A DNA stretch of 60,237 nucleotides, the filler included, from Bipalium vagum (taxonomy: Eukaryota), in assembly GCA_037834085.1 (NCBI GenBank). It is 3 parts of 3 records of this genome, joined end to end, with 100 filler letters (N's around TTAATTAATTAA, not from the genome) between each part and the next. Parts side by side here need not be neighbours in the genome. Positions count along the whole stretch, not along the records: positions 25,930 to 42,745 come from JBBMKC010092594.1; 2 more parts are not named here. One strand, given 5' to 3'. The position numbers were made by a program, and so were the translations under genes. Below the pieces are notes generated by a model, which worked only from the letters and a program-made list of their open reading frames with translations, searched no databases and had not been told where the DNA came from. The stretch's first letter is position 1. Each line of letters starts with the position of its first letter. This document shows positions 27,850-40,040 of this stretch, one piece after another.

Positions 27850-28164
27850 CTTTTAATGTAAAATTAATCCAGTCGTGAGAATAAATTATGTATGGAGTAA
27901 AATTATCATACCTATCCATTAAAGATATGTTACATAAAAAGATCATATTTCCCACTTCTGAATCATTAGAAAAAGTTAATAAAAGTTTGTTAGATGTATT
28001 ATCTTGTTGTAATGTATAGTTAAGTTTTAATAGGGGAAGGTGTCTGAATATTTCTACGTGTAATTTTACACTTCCATAAGGAATAGATATATTTGTAGTA
28101 CAGTTTATGGTATCGCCTTGTCTGACAATACCTGTCCATTCTATCGACGAAGTAAATGCAGGTA
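27850..28164 (-). CDS. Symmetric phase-1 exon encoding an Ig-like domain (downstream or alternative exon of the kringle gene)
   Basis: 315-nt stop-free exon, TTTAG|TACCT...AAAG|GTAAAT: VPAFTSSIEWTGIVRQGDTINCTTNISIPYG...DSEVGNMIFLCNISL...WINFTLK, with two Cys at Ig-like spacing. Not in the ORF track. Confidence 0.7.
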
Positions 28165-28292
28165 CTAAATTATATAAAATTTCATAACATAATTTTATAG
28201 AAAATTCGATTTTATTTTTATACTGGAAAATATATTAAAAAGAAAATAACATCAGGTTCTTCAATATAATCTTCAATTCTCAAATATAAACT

Positions 28293-28963
28293 TTAAAAGG
28301 CATTTTGTCCATTTAAATTAATATTTTCAAGAAAGAAAAATAGTACAACCAGAACTAAGAGAAACACACAGCCACTGTGGAAAATGACTTAAAATTTAAA
28401 AACTGTTATTTATTATTTTCAAAAGAAAACTTATTAAAGAAAATAAAAATATGGCAGTTATTATTATTATTATTATTGACCCCCTGTTTCTAGATTAGGG
28501 TTTCGTGAATAGCAAAAACATAAAATTTAAAAATAGAACATTTAAAATTTTTTATTAATTTCTAAAAATGACAGATATACAATTTCTTTCAACTATATAT
28601 TTTTGTTAATAAGACTGATAAATAAATACAAACCGATTATAAAGGTATGAAAAATTTCTTCTAATAATATTTCCTTTGTGTTGTAATCACTTATAATGAA
28701 ACATTGACATTTTAATGATATGTTTGATACATATATATCTAATCCATAATAATCTATCAATGTCTCATATCCATCGTGGTCAATTGTATATAATCGTAGA
28801 ATAAGATCTTTGGAAATAGTACTAATAGTAGAATAAAAAGAACAAGTCACGTTTCTTTCTCGATACAATAAAAACTCAACATCTGGATTAATTTGTATCA
28901 TTTTATCTGAAAATGAAGTCAAATTTTAATTATGATACTCATTTATTTTCAATTTTCTAGCAG

Positions 28964-29038
<75 letters not shown>

Positions 29039-32000
29039 GTAAAACAAAGTTATATACCATATACATATATAATGTAATAAGTTCCAAGAACTACCAATCC
29101 ATCATATCGATATAAACTTATGGTTAATGTTGTATAGCACAATGGCTTACAACACCGAGAATGAGGAATGACATAGGTAAAATTAATTTCCAATAAGCAA
29201 AATCGAAATAAAGTCATATTGAAAATTAAACTTAATCCATTTTCAAAACTCCTAAAAGTAAAATTTTGAGATGCTCTCAAAAATAATGGCTTCGATTTTG
29301 AATTAAATGAAACGGTAAAATTACAGATTGGATCTAAATATAAAATATATGAATGGAAAAAAATAATGTCGAGTCAAATATATATGCTAAGTTTAATAAA
29401 AACTAATTAAACTTATTTAATTAAAATTAAAATTATTATTATTTAAACATAAACATAATTATTTAAACTTATCTAATTGAACTTATTCTGTTAAAAAAAT
29501 ATTGGATAAAATACAAAACATATAGTTCTGTTAACTTACTTCTGGGAGAAACTGTTTCTCATTATTATTATTTCATTTTTTTCCAGAAATTTGTGTTTGA
29601 GCATGTTTAGAATTATATTAGGTGTAGCACTTAATTCTGCGGATTATTTTTTAAAAAACAAAATGCGTTTTTTAAAGACACAACAAAATTATATTATACA
29701 TATTTCCCACCATTAGCTATAACATTGGTCCAAATTTATGGTAACTTGTGAATGCCATTGTAAAAGAAATTTTCTTCTTTATACAAAATCCATTCATAGA
29801 GCCAAAATATGATTTCATAATATTTCAGAAAGCGCCGTTCCGACAGTCCATGTGCCATCGATCTGAGTAAATGGAAATCAAATAGCTCCATGTCTTGCAA
29901 ATATGGCAGATGAGGTAAGACTTCCCAATCACATTCTTTATACTATTCTTGAATGAATTTGCTAGACGAGGTCGAGCATTGTCATGTAATAGAATAACTT
30001 TCAAATTTTAGAACATGGTGGCTGTTTAATCGATTAGTAATTAAGTTTGCTTAGCTTTGGCATTGTGAATGTTTTTTGTAAGATTTTTTTGTTCCTTTAA
30101 CAATATGATGTATATGATAAATATGTTTGGTAGCTGACCTAATTTTAGAACAATATTAACATAAAAACTTCCAAGAAAATCTTCAGTTATATTTGAGGTA
30201 GTTTTATTAAAAGATAAGAAAGTTAATTTAAATAATAATTTTACTGGTGTCTTCAGAGTAGTGAAATGAATAATTCCTATTAATTTGGATCCATCTTGCA
30301 CCTTTTAACTTAATTGTTATGGAGAATGAAGATAAAAATCTACATTTACAAGATTCATTGGTCATTAAACTAATTTGTGTTAAATTTTCCGATACAATTT
30401 TTCTAGTACAAAATGCAGCTGACGTGCGGACATCCTGTATAGGGAAAATGGAAAATTTACTTTCATTAAATAATTTAATTATTGTAATATTAAAAGTAAC
30501 AAAATTAGATCGAAATATAGGTTCGAAGTGTTCTGGTAAGATATGATATCCAAAAGGACCTAAAGAAGAAATCAATGGTTTAAAACTAATTAAAATTAAA
30601 ATGAAAATTAATTCAAACTCAAGTTAAATTGGAACAATCAATTTAAACCAATCAGTTATGTAATAAATGAAATATGATATATTTAATAAATAAAATAATA
30701 AATATAATAATAAATAATAATATAATAAAATAATATAATATAATAAAAAAATTTTATTGATCAATAATATGAAAAAATCCAACAACGTTGATTGTTTGTC
30801 GAAAAAAGTGTAAGAATTAATCAATAAAAATAACCCTGAAAAACATTCAAATATCAAAGGATAATAAAATGAAGATTTTTATTGATTAGTACTGATAGAA
30901 GAAAAGTTATGATCTTATGCTTAAATTCTGTCTTAAACATTTCAAAAGGAAAAAATATTTATTTTAAAAGATTTTGACTATTTTCAACTTTTACCGAAAA
31001 GCTACAATTAAATATTTCTAAAAAAATCAAGAAACTGAAGAATTTTATGATTTTAACATTTTTATTTATTATTTTAATTTAATATGAAAAATATATTGTT
31101 AAAACAACATATGAAGAAAACTGTGAATTTCTTAATTTTATAACAGTCTTTATAATATTATATTTTTAATAATAATTTTTAAGTTCTTTTGAAAGGTTTA
31201 TGAAATTATTTCTGATACAGATTACACGGTGTGTTATATAAGTAACTGAACCTTTGATTTAAATCATATACGAAAAGTTTCATTTGTTTAAACTAATCTT
31301 TAATTTAAAATTACATCATTCTTCTTTTAAAATCATCAAAATTTATTTTATTCGGATAACTGGTTTGAATTCAAGTTGCATTTAAATAAAGATATATATC
31401 ATACGTATGTCATAGATTTACAATGGGACAAAGACCAAATATTAAATTTTCTTTTAAAATTGAAAAACAATTTACAGAGACTTATGAATTGCTCCAAAAT
31501 GTTTATGGTGGTGATTACATGTTTCGTACACAGGTTTTACATGATTTACACAATGTAAAATTGTCTTGATAATTTAAATGACGATGAAAAGCCTGGATGT
31601 CCGGAGGTTGAAAATCTTCCACATTTGATTGAGAAAGGAAGTGAATTAACTTTAAGAATGTTAGCAGAAGAATTAAATACAAGTTTCTTTACCATTTGCA
31701 CAATATTAAAGAAAGATTTAGGTAAAAGAAAGGTTTTTGTCATCTTTGTTCCGCATGAATTTAATGAAGACGAAAAAGCCACTCGTGTTGGATATTTTAA
31801 ATATATCCTCAAAACTGTTGAAAACAATCCAGATTATATTGACTCAATTATAACTGGTGCTAACGTTTTCTTAAATAAAACTAAACAATTTTTTATTCAA
31901 ATTAATTTCCATCGCTGTGTACAAATCTGGTCCATTTATGTGATAGTTTGTGAATTCCGTAAAATATATCGAACCAACGTTTGCATGTTTATTGAGATAG

Positions 32001-34138
32001 AGCTTTATTATCCTAGGTTCCAACAACAACAGGGTAACTCTTAATCTTTTTTTTTTTTTGAAGATACAGAAAAACTATTATTTGTAAAATATTAAATATA
32101 TATATAATATTAATATTAATATTTATTTTAATATTTATTATTTTACTGTTCAAAATTTATTTAGTACTCTAAAAAGTTTTAATTTTTTTAAAAATCTAAA
32201 TTAAAAAAAAATTAATGTTATGTTTACTTTTGACAAAGTGAATAGATCTACATTCATTATTTAGTACTAAACAGAGATTATCTGCGTTTTTCAAATAGTA
32301 TAAATTGAAAAAATGAGTGTTTGGTTTATCAGTACAATTTGCATAGAGCAAGCAGTCCTTTCCCGAGAAATATAAATTATTATTGTCGTAACATAACGAA
32401 TAATTATATCTTAAGTCTTTGATATAAAACGTAACGGAACTTTCATTAAATGAGGTCGGCAGTAGGTAAAAGTCATAGATTATATCTTGATATATGGATA
32501 CGTTGGAAATATTAATTGAATTACGAGAAAATTTCATGTGAAGATTTTCACTATCAACATAGTTAATTTTTACAATACATAAGAAATTGCATTGCTTATT
32601 ATCTTGATACATTATACTGACTTGTCCGTGTAATTGATATATTGATCTACAAGCTATATTTATTCATATATTTTATTAATTGAAATAAGGCTGTACTTTG
32701 TAGGAAGTAGGAAGTACAATAATCGACGAAACACGGCTCACGCGTTTGGTGAGCTATATAGCACCATGGACCCTGTAAGTCATTGTCTGGATTTCTGCAA
32801 TAATTAATTGATAAATCAACGTTTTTTTGTGGGAAATTCCATTCAATATTTCGAAACAAGGTCATACCCCAGGGATAACATCGTTGTCCACCTATTGTCA
32901 TACTTAGATCACCATTGTATGTAACTCCATTATTGCATTGTCTTTCTATAATAACCGATGACTTTAAGTAATGAATAAATTTTCAATTTTTTGTTTAAAT
33001 TGTTCAATTAGTACAAAAATATTTTGTAAAAGGTCATTATATGAAGATTGGTAATTTTTGTATTATTGTATAGTCTCTACTAAAATTTTGGTTGGATTAT
33101 TTATAAATTAATTTTCAAAATTTCAACACCTTAATTGAACATATTAAACTACTCTCAAAATTATTAAATATTGATCATTATCTTTAACATGTACTGAAAA
33201 GCTTGACCATTTTCAAACTTTATGATATACTTTAAAATCACAAATTTTATAATTATTACTTTTGACGTAAGTTTATGTTTACTATTGGGTTTTTCAAGAA
33301 TCTGATGTTGTTTTCTGAAGTCAAAGTAGATTATTTTTATACAAACAGTTAATCAATTATGTGTGCATCATCATTATTTTTAACTTGCCGTCTATCAAAA
33401 ATTTCAAGTTACTTTCATAGAATTTCTTCTTTTTAAAGATAAAAAAATACTCTCTTAAAAAATAAAATTTTTAAAAGCTATCTAATAACATTTTAAAAAT
33501 TGAGATAACGGTAGTTTATTCGTGCTAAATCAAAATTTCGAATGGGATATGAGAGCATTACATTCAAAATACAATATTATCTATCATTCTTATGCAAGTC
33601 TCCATCTTTGTATAATCATGCATATATTACCTAACCCGAACAATTAATAAAATTATTAATACAAATCTGTTCAAAATTTCGATGTCGAATAAATAAAATT
33701 AATAAGTTGAAACAAAAATTATTTATGATTTCAAGAGATTATTACTAATATTGTTAATTTTAAAATAATAAAAAAGAAAAATTCTCAGCCATTGTTCTTA
33801 TACCTTCACAATATCCAATATCACAATATTGCCATCTTATCATGTGGTTGGTAGTATAACACCAAACTCCATATCTGTATTTCAATGGATTTCTGCAATA
33901 GGAATGGTTCATCCTAAATCTTCGATCTACATAATGCGGAAAATTGTCGTTCCAGTTCTGACATTGTAAACCTTTGTGAGTAACATTCATCTTACCTATA
34001 TAATTTTCACCAGATAATGAAAACTTGCATTCTACAAAAAAATAATGTTTCTTGTAACCATATATAGGAAATATTACCTGTATATTCTGCTTTTGATGTA
34101 GCCATTTCATTAAGTAGTATGAATAAAATTAAAAGCAT
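28293..34138 (-). CDS. Signal peptide + two kringle domains + divergent beta-rich modules + hydrophobic C-terminus (~667 aa); exons 34138-34078, 34031-33804, 32945-32697, 32653-32228, 30559-30302, 30276-30139, 29333-29058, 28906-28634, 28387-28293
   Basis: Exon 1 MLLILFILLNEMATSKAEYT. Kringle 1 CKFSLSGENYIG..GLQCQNW..SYCRNP..VWCYT..WQYCDIGYC. Kringle 2 CNNGVTYNG..GGQRCYPW..NYCRNPDND.QGPWCY..EPCFVDYC. All introns are GT-AG and phase 1 in this model; the last exon gives VIFHSGCVFLLVLVVLFFFLENINLNGQNAF*. The junction near 30300 is uncertain. Confidence 0.8.
28964..29036. repeat. (AAT)n microsatellite, intronic
   Basis: Perfect trinucleotide run; similar ATT/AAT runs at ~14880, 25765-25829, 46742-46800, 48795-48830 and 55285-55310. 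Confidence 0.95.
29618..30040 (-). mobile_element. Mariner 3' fragment, intronic
   Basis: VILLHDNARP..WEVLPHLPYLQDMELFDFHLLRSMAHGLSERRF; TIR TTAGGTGTAGCACTTA at 29618. Confidence 0.85.
31226..31900 (+). mobile_element. Mariner 5' two-thirds, intronic
   Basis: NDDEKPGCP..LTLRMLAEELNTS..ILKKDLGKRKV..FVPHEF..DSIITG; TIR-like CGGTGTGTTATATAAGTAACTGA resembles the 2380 MITE end. Confidence 0.8.
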
Positions 34139-34865
34139 TATTTTTAAACATGTTTAAAGTCCTTTATTAAGTTTCATAAACAATTAAATATATTGATGAA
34201 ATCTTTGATTTTTATATAAATAAATTATTGAAAATAGATTAAAAATTAATTATATAAAGTTAATATATTAATATGCTTGTTTTCTAAAACACATCCAAAT
34301 TATAAAATTTGTCGAAGAAACAATTTATCAAAATAAAAATTATTATTTATTAAATTTATGACTTATAATTTATAAAAACAATGTCAGAGATTCAAAATAA
34401 AAGCAATAAGACATTGATGAAAATTAATAGAAAATTTATTGACAAAATCATAATACTGTTTTTTTATAAATTTTTATTTAATTTAATATCAATTTTGATT
34501 TTGTATGCGTTTTAATCTTCTCTCTTAGGGCTTATGTGTTATGATATAAATAATATAATTGAATATTACATTGTGCATTTGTAATCCATTAACCATTTTT
34601 TGTATAATTTTTTCCCTTAAATAACATTTCTTGCATTTTTTAAAATTAAGATAATAGGAAATTAAGTTTAAATAAGTACAACATTGTTTTTGTTTGCAAA
34701 ATTATTTCCAAAAACTTTTGGTTTATTTGTTCTAAATTAATAATAATAATATAATTTTAATTATATTTTCCATTTAAATTAAAGTTTGAAAAATTATTAT
34801 TCTGAAATTCAATTTTTAATATTTTTGATAATTAATTTTAAATTTTATTTCATTTGCTGTTATAT

Positions 34866-35640
34866 AATGGGTTGATTCAAAAGTTCGTGCGTTTTTAATG
34901 AAGATATTATGCATGTTTTAGAGATAAAAATCTAGCAATTAAACAAATTTTATTCAGAAAAATAAAAACCACAATGTTCAACTGTCTTAATCCAACGATG
35001 AGCAAGTTGTACGATGCCACTCCGGTACCATGGTTTATCTTTTGTGGGAAAAATTCACGACATCTAGTTTCAATCTATTCTATATTCTCAAACTGTCGTC
35101 CTCTAAGGAAATGAGCCATTGATCGGTTAAGGTGGTAATCACTGTGTGCTAGATCTGGACTGAATGCAAGATGTGATAAAATTTCAATTCCTTCTAATTA
35201 GGTAATTTCATTTTGCGTTACGCGCGCAGTTGCGGACGAGCATTATCCTGTTGCAGAGACACTCGATTTCTGTTGACTAAAGCAAGATATTTTATGGTTA
35301 ATTGTTGGTACATTTGATAGACTTGAGCAGAATATAACTCAGCAGTAAAGGTTTGGCCATTTGAAAATACTTCGAAGTGTAAAATCCTCTCAAAGTTCCA
35401 TCACACGCACAACATGATCTTTTTTCCGAACCTATCTTGTTTTAGAACAGTCTCGGGCTTCTGGCCTGGTTCCAACCATTGATTTCTCCTGTTAGTATTA
35501 TAAAAATATATCCATTTTTCGTCGCATATGACTATTTGACGTACAAAGCGTTCACCATTTGGATTATTTAGTAATTGACGACAGATTGACAAATGGCGTT
35601 CAGCTTGACTTGGCGTCGAATTATGCTTGTATCGCTCGCT
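34866..35640 (-). mobile_element. Mariner, 5'-truncated
   Basis: IVICDEKWIYFYN..QWLEPGQKP..KKIMLCVWNFE, LQQDNARP and SPDLAHSDYHLNRSMAHFL; TIR ATGGGTTGATTCAAAAGTTCGTGCG. Confidence 0.88.
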
Positions 35641-35644
35641 TGTT

Positions 35645-35847
35645 ACACAAGGTGTACCCTATCTGAACACACATTCTTTTTTTTAGTGAAGTGGGGAAAT
35701 TTTAGATTTTTTAGTGAAATGGGATGTGGGGGCGAAGTGAGTGAAGTGAGAACTTTGACCTATGCGGAATTTGTTTTTTGAGGCATTTTTTATTTTTTAG
35801 ATTTTGGTTTTTTAAAAAAATATTGTTGGATAGGGTACACATTGTGT
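35645..35847. repeat. ~25-bp inverted repeat enclosing a G/T-skewed segment of ~155 bp
   Basis: ACACAAGGTGTACCCTATCTGAACA (35645-35669) vs TGTTGGATAGGGTACACATTGTGT (35824-35847). Confidence 0.7.
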
Positions 35848-36032
35848 TGTGTTTTTTATTTACTGTTTTTATATGTTAAAATATGCAAAAGTTATATATT
35901 AAAAATAACTCAAATTTCTTTTTAAAAAATGGCGAATCCAAATATAAATATTGATAATTGGTGAGCTATAGATAAGTTTAACTTTTGAAAATAATAAATA
36001 TTATATAACACATTTTAATAATAACAACTTAA

Positions 36033-37260
36033 CATCAAATTATTCATTCTTCATATAATAATGTTAAATTAATAAAAAATATAAGAGATTTTAATAATAA
36101 TTTTATTCATGTTCTGGATAAAATAAATCAAAACATTGATTGCTCTATTGGTATATCGAAACTCAATTTCATAAGAAATTTGTATTATCTAGCAAGACAA
36201 TTATTTGAAATTCAGATGTTTAATAAAAGTTTAAATTTTAAGCATTTTATTCAATTTTATAATATTTTTAATGCTAATACAAATGAAAGTCTTTATACTC
36301 TTATAGAAGTTATTATTAAAAATTTATATTATCAAGAGTTAAAAAATATTATTCCTTAACATGATAATATTTTTAAAAATAAAACATTTAATGGTAAAAA
36401 AACAATGCAATAAATGTTTTTCTATAAAGAATTTTGATGAATTTTATTCAGGAAGAAATGATTGCAAAATTTGTTATAACAATAGCCATGCTACTAATTA
36501 TAAAAAAAGCAAACGATAAAAGAGTGACGCTCTATTCATATGAAAAAGAAATAAATGAAGAAACAATAAAAAATATTGATAAAAATTATGTTGATAATGA
36601 TAATAATTATGATAATTATGATGCTAATGATGATAATAATCTTAGTCCTTTTCAAAAATAAATAATTATAAAAAATAAATAATCATTATAAAAATAATTA
36701 TAATAATAAAAAGTAGTTTAATAGAATCTTGTAAAAATAAAAATATTGAAAAAAACATAACTTTTCAAAAATACCAAGAATTATAAAAACATAATTTTAG
36801 AAAAACACAAAAATCAAAAATACCGAGAATTCTAAAGGTACAAGAGTTTTAGAAATTTACAATAATTACCAAATATCCTAAATATACGACGAGGTTTAGA
36901 AATTTACAAAAATTATAAAATATCCTAAATATACGACGAGATTTAGAAATTTACAAAAATTATAAAATATCAAAAATATCAAAAAAAAGAAAATTATCAA
37001 AAACATTAAAATTATTTAAATGCCGAAGGTTCTACTTTTTCATCTTCTAAATTTATAAACAAATATTTATACCTTCCTCTCATATGAAAGTTATATAAAT
37101 AATCAAAATGATCTTTTTCTATAAAAGTTTCTAACATTTTTGAATAAATTTGATTTCTATCAGATTTATTAATTTTTAAAAAAAGAAACGAAAAAAATGT
37201 ATAAAAAGTTTTATATACAATGCATTTCATATGTTTGAAGACAACCCTGTAATTTACATA
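36033..37260. pseudogene. Cluster of decayed intronless virus-like ORFs (CxxC..CxxC zinc ribbon on +; packaging-ATPase-like C-terminus on -)
   Basis: Stop-free frame 36033-36358; MVKKQCNKCFSIKNFDEFYSGRNDCKICYN at 36391-36519; 37230-37012 FLFLKINKSDRNQIY..IEKDHFDYLYNFH..YKYLFINL. Recognised by motif resemblance only. Confidence 0.45.
36848..36975. repeat. 47-bp tandem repeat, ~2.7 copies
   Basis: Unit TTTAGAAATTTACAAAAATTATAAAATATCCTAAATATACGACGAGR starting at 36848, 36895 and 36942. Confidence 0.9.
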
Positions 37261-38828
37261 AAATGATTGAAATATATAATTATAAGAACTTTAATGTTGT
37301 CGTTATTTAAATATATTAAAGAATAACTATGTAAAAGCACATGCTTCTACAAAAATATTTCGAAAGTAAATTTTTTCAATTGAATTAAAAATGATTTTGT
37401 TATTTATTCTAAATACAATGAAATATATTTTATTAACATTTACAGCGATGTTACTCATTTCAATAAGCAGTCGGTTTCAACATATTTAAAATTAATAACT
37501 TGTAAACATGTCTCTATTTTATGTTACCTCCTTGATTCTTCTTGGCATGCACTTATGTAAATTTTTTATTTAAGAAACTAAAATCATAGTCCACTGTTTC
37601 TCCAAAATCCTCCAAAGTGTGTCAATTTTGGCCAGTCTACATCTAGCAACCCTGGCATTCAGATCAGCCTACAACAATGATTTATAAACCTGACAACAAC
37701 CTCCAGTAAGAAAACATTATAATCAATGTCTTGATTTTCGCGGTTACCCGAGACACTAATTGGGTGTATTCGGATAATGCCTTTGTTCGAAATATGATTT
37801 CCAAGGCGTCCTACACTCTTGAAGAGGATTTCACAATAGTACTCCAAACAGCCGACTGTGACCCTTGGACCCTATCGGTATCAATTATAAGAGGATATTG
37901 TGGTCGTGTCTCCACAAAAGAAGATTTAATACGATGTAGGTTGGTTATAATATCATTTCTGTGCAATCCATAATTTACAGAAAAATCATTTCAAGAATTA
38001 GGATGGATTATGAATTATTATCTACCTAACGTGAGTATGAGCTGAATAGAAAAGCTATCCAGAGTATACTGATACCAAATCTAAGATCCATTCTGAAAAT
38101 GTTTTTCATGACCTAAATTACCGGATAATTCATCTGTTTACTTGGAGTCACTTGGCACCACAATGTTGCCAATCTGGGTGGTACAAAATATACTCAAGGA
38201 ATATTAATTTTAATAAAATATGATTAAAAAAAAGTTTTATTATAATTCGTTCTAAAATATTACTTCAATACTAAGGTATTCAATAAAACTACTATCATAT
38301 TAATATTGAAATAATATTAAAAACCTAAATTTTTAAATTTTTAAAAAATATAATTATTTAATTAAAGAATATGAAAGAAAAAATATTATTATATTGAAAA
38401 CTACATTTAAAAATCGTATTTCTTTAGATATTTAGGACTAATTGTTTAAATCTTCTAATAATTTTTTTAAAATCTACTTTTATTAAATACAGTTTATAAA
38501 TATCATTTAAAATGTTTGTAAATTTTAAAAATTTAATTTTATATAAAATTATACACTTACTTTATATATTATTATTCTTATTATTCATTAAATATTGTTC
38601 GTTAAATTTTTTAAATTTATTCTTTCATTCAATAATTTTAAAATGAAAAATAATTTTATAGTTTTAGTAGATTTGTCTGAATTATAAAATTTTGTAAATA
38701 TATATAAATTCAGGTAATTTAATAATTTAATGAAAATGTTATTTTTTATTATATGTTGAAGTAAGAAATAACATAATCTTAATAACATTTATATCCTTCT
38801 AACAAATGAATTTATTTTACATTTTTAG

Positions 38829-40040
38829 AATATGGAAATGGATGACTAATGTTAATAATTTAACTAATAATTGTACTTTATCTACGAATAGTGTGATGAG
38901 TAATGATGGAATTAAAAGAAGAAATGAGTTTCGTCGTTCTTCAGCAGTGGATTTTCATCAGCTTCCATCAAATTGTTCATATGATTGTCAGAGATTGCAA
39001 AGACCTCTAACTATCAGCTACGAATTAAGCGAGGATCTCCGAGAAAAAGAAATCGAGTTTACTGAACGTCGTTTTGGTGGACGATACAAATCTCACCAGG
39101 CTGCACGAATAATACAAAGTTCCTACCGTGAATATCAGTTACGTCGAGATTACAAGAAGTTAAAAATCGAAAAGCGTGTATCACGTAAATTAGATTTGCC
39201 TTCTTTGACTAATCACAATAATCAATCATACATTTCTCCGAATAGTCAAACCAATACTGAATCGTTATTGGAATTGGCAAAAAATGATCTGATAAAGCAA
39301 AACAGTTATGAGGATTTGGTAATTGAGCAAGCCTATCAAGATTGGGACAAGGATATTGCTCATGATTCTCATGATATAAATATGAAAATCACTGAAACTA
39401 AATATAGAACTGGCGACGATCAAAAGTGTATTGCGAATACTGATAGTGGTGTAGAATCCGTGGATACATCGTCCATTTCGTTAACTCCTTCACCTACTGC
39501 TCCTGGAAGTTTCTCCAATTTGACTTCCAGTCCTTCCTTGGTCATATCAAAAATGGAAGCAATATCCTCTTGCACTTCCAAATGTCTGGGCTCATTGAAT
39601 ACAAATGACAATAACATAACGTGTCCTCATCACAACGCTAAAATTCCTGTTGCCGATTCCAGAAAACGTTTAGCAAAACTTAACAAATCTATTCCAACGT
39701 CTTACAGTACCACTTTGTGTGATGCTAAACGACAGACTGTTGTATCGAAAAACTTCACGGGAAACGTCACAGTTTGCTGTGATTTGAACAGTTCATTTCA
39801 TGGTCAATCTACTTCACCCAAGTACAAAAATGAATTCACGTGTTGTTCTCGATCAAATATTTACACTCCAATATATCAGTGTAGTTCTGGATCAACTAAA
39901 TTTTCTCCTAATGCTCTGGCTGAATATTTATCAAATCCCAGGTTGATCGGTGGCAATTTTCAAAAATCATGTTATTGCCAAGCTGCTAACGAACGGCGCC
40001 ATAAACGACTGTATCGAATTTGTCTGAATATATTCAACAA
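38829..40040 (+). CDS. IQSEC: IQ motif and Sec7 domain ArfGEF (IQSEC/BRAG/schizo family), large N-terminal exon; gene truncated
   Basis: SYELSEDLREKEIEFTERRFGGRYKSHQAARIIQSSYREYQL is the IQSEC signature with its IQ motif. The exon ends at the Sec7 start RHKRLYRICLNIFNK, AACAA|GTTAG; acceptor TTTTTAG|A at 38829. No further Sec7/PH exons were found before the spacer. Confidence 0.92.

Noticed and set aside
30624-30857. Hydrophobic I/L/Y/F-rich ORFs (also 3063, 3405, 5159, 10902, 25677, 38588, 43889, 52881)
   Set aside because: By-products of AT-rich low-complexity DNA or antisense to TE frames; no splice or motif support.
36848-36975. Regular repeats resembling a CRISPR array
   Set aside because: Head-to-tail 47-bp units with no unique spacers, no cas genes, eukaryotic context.
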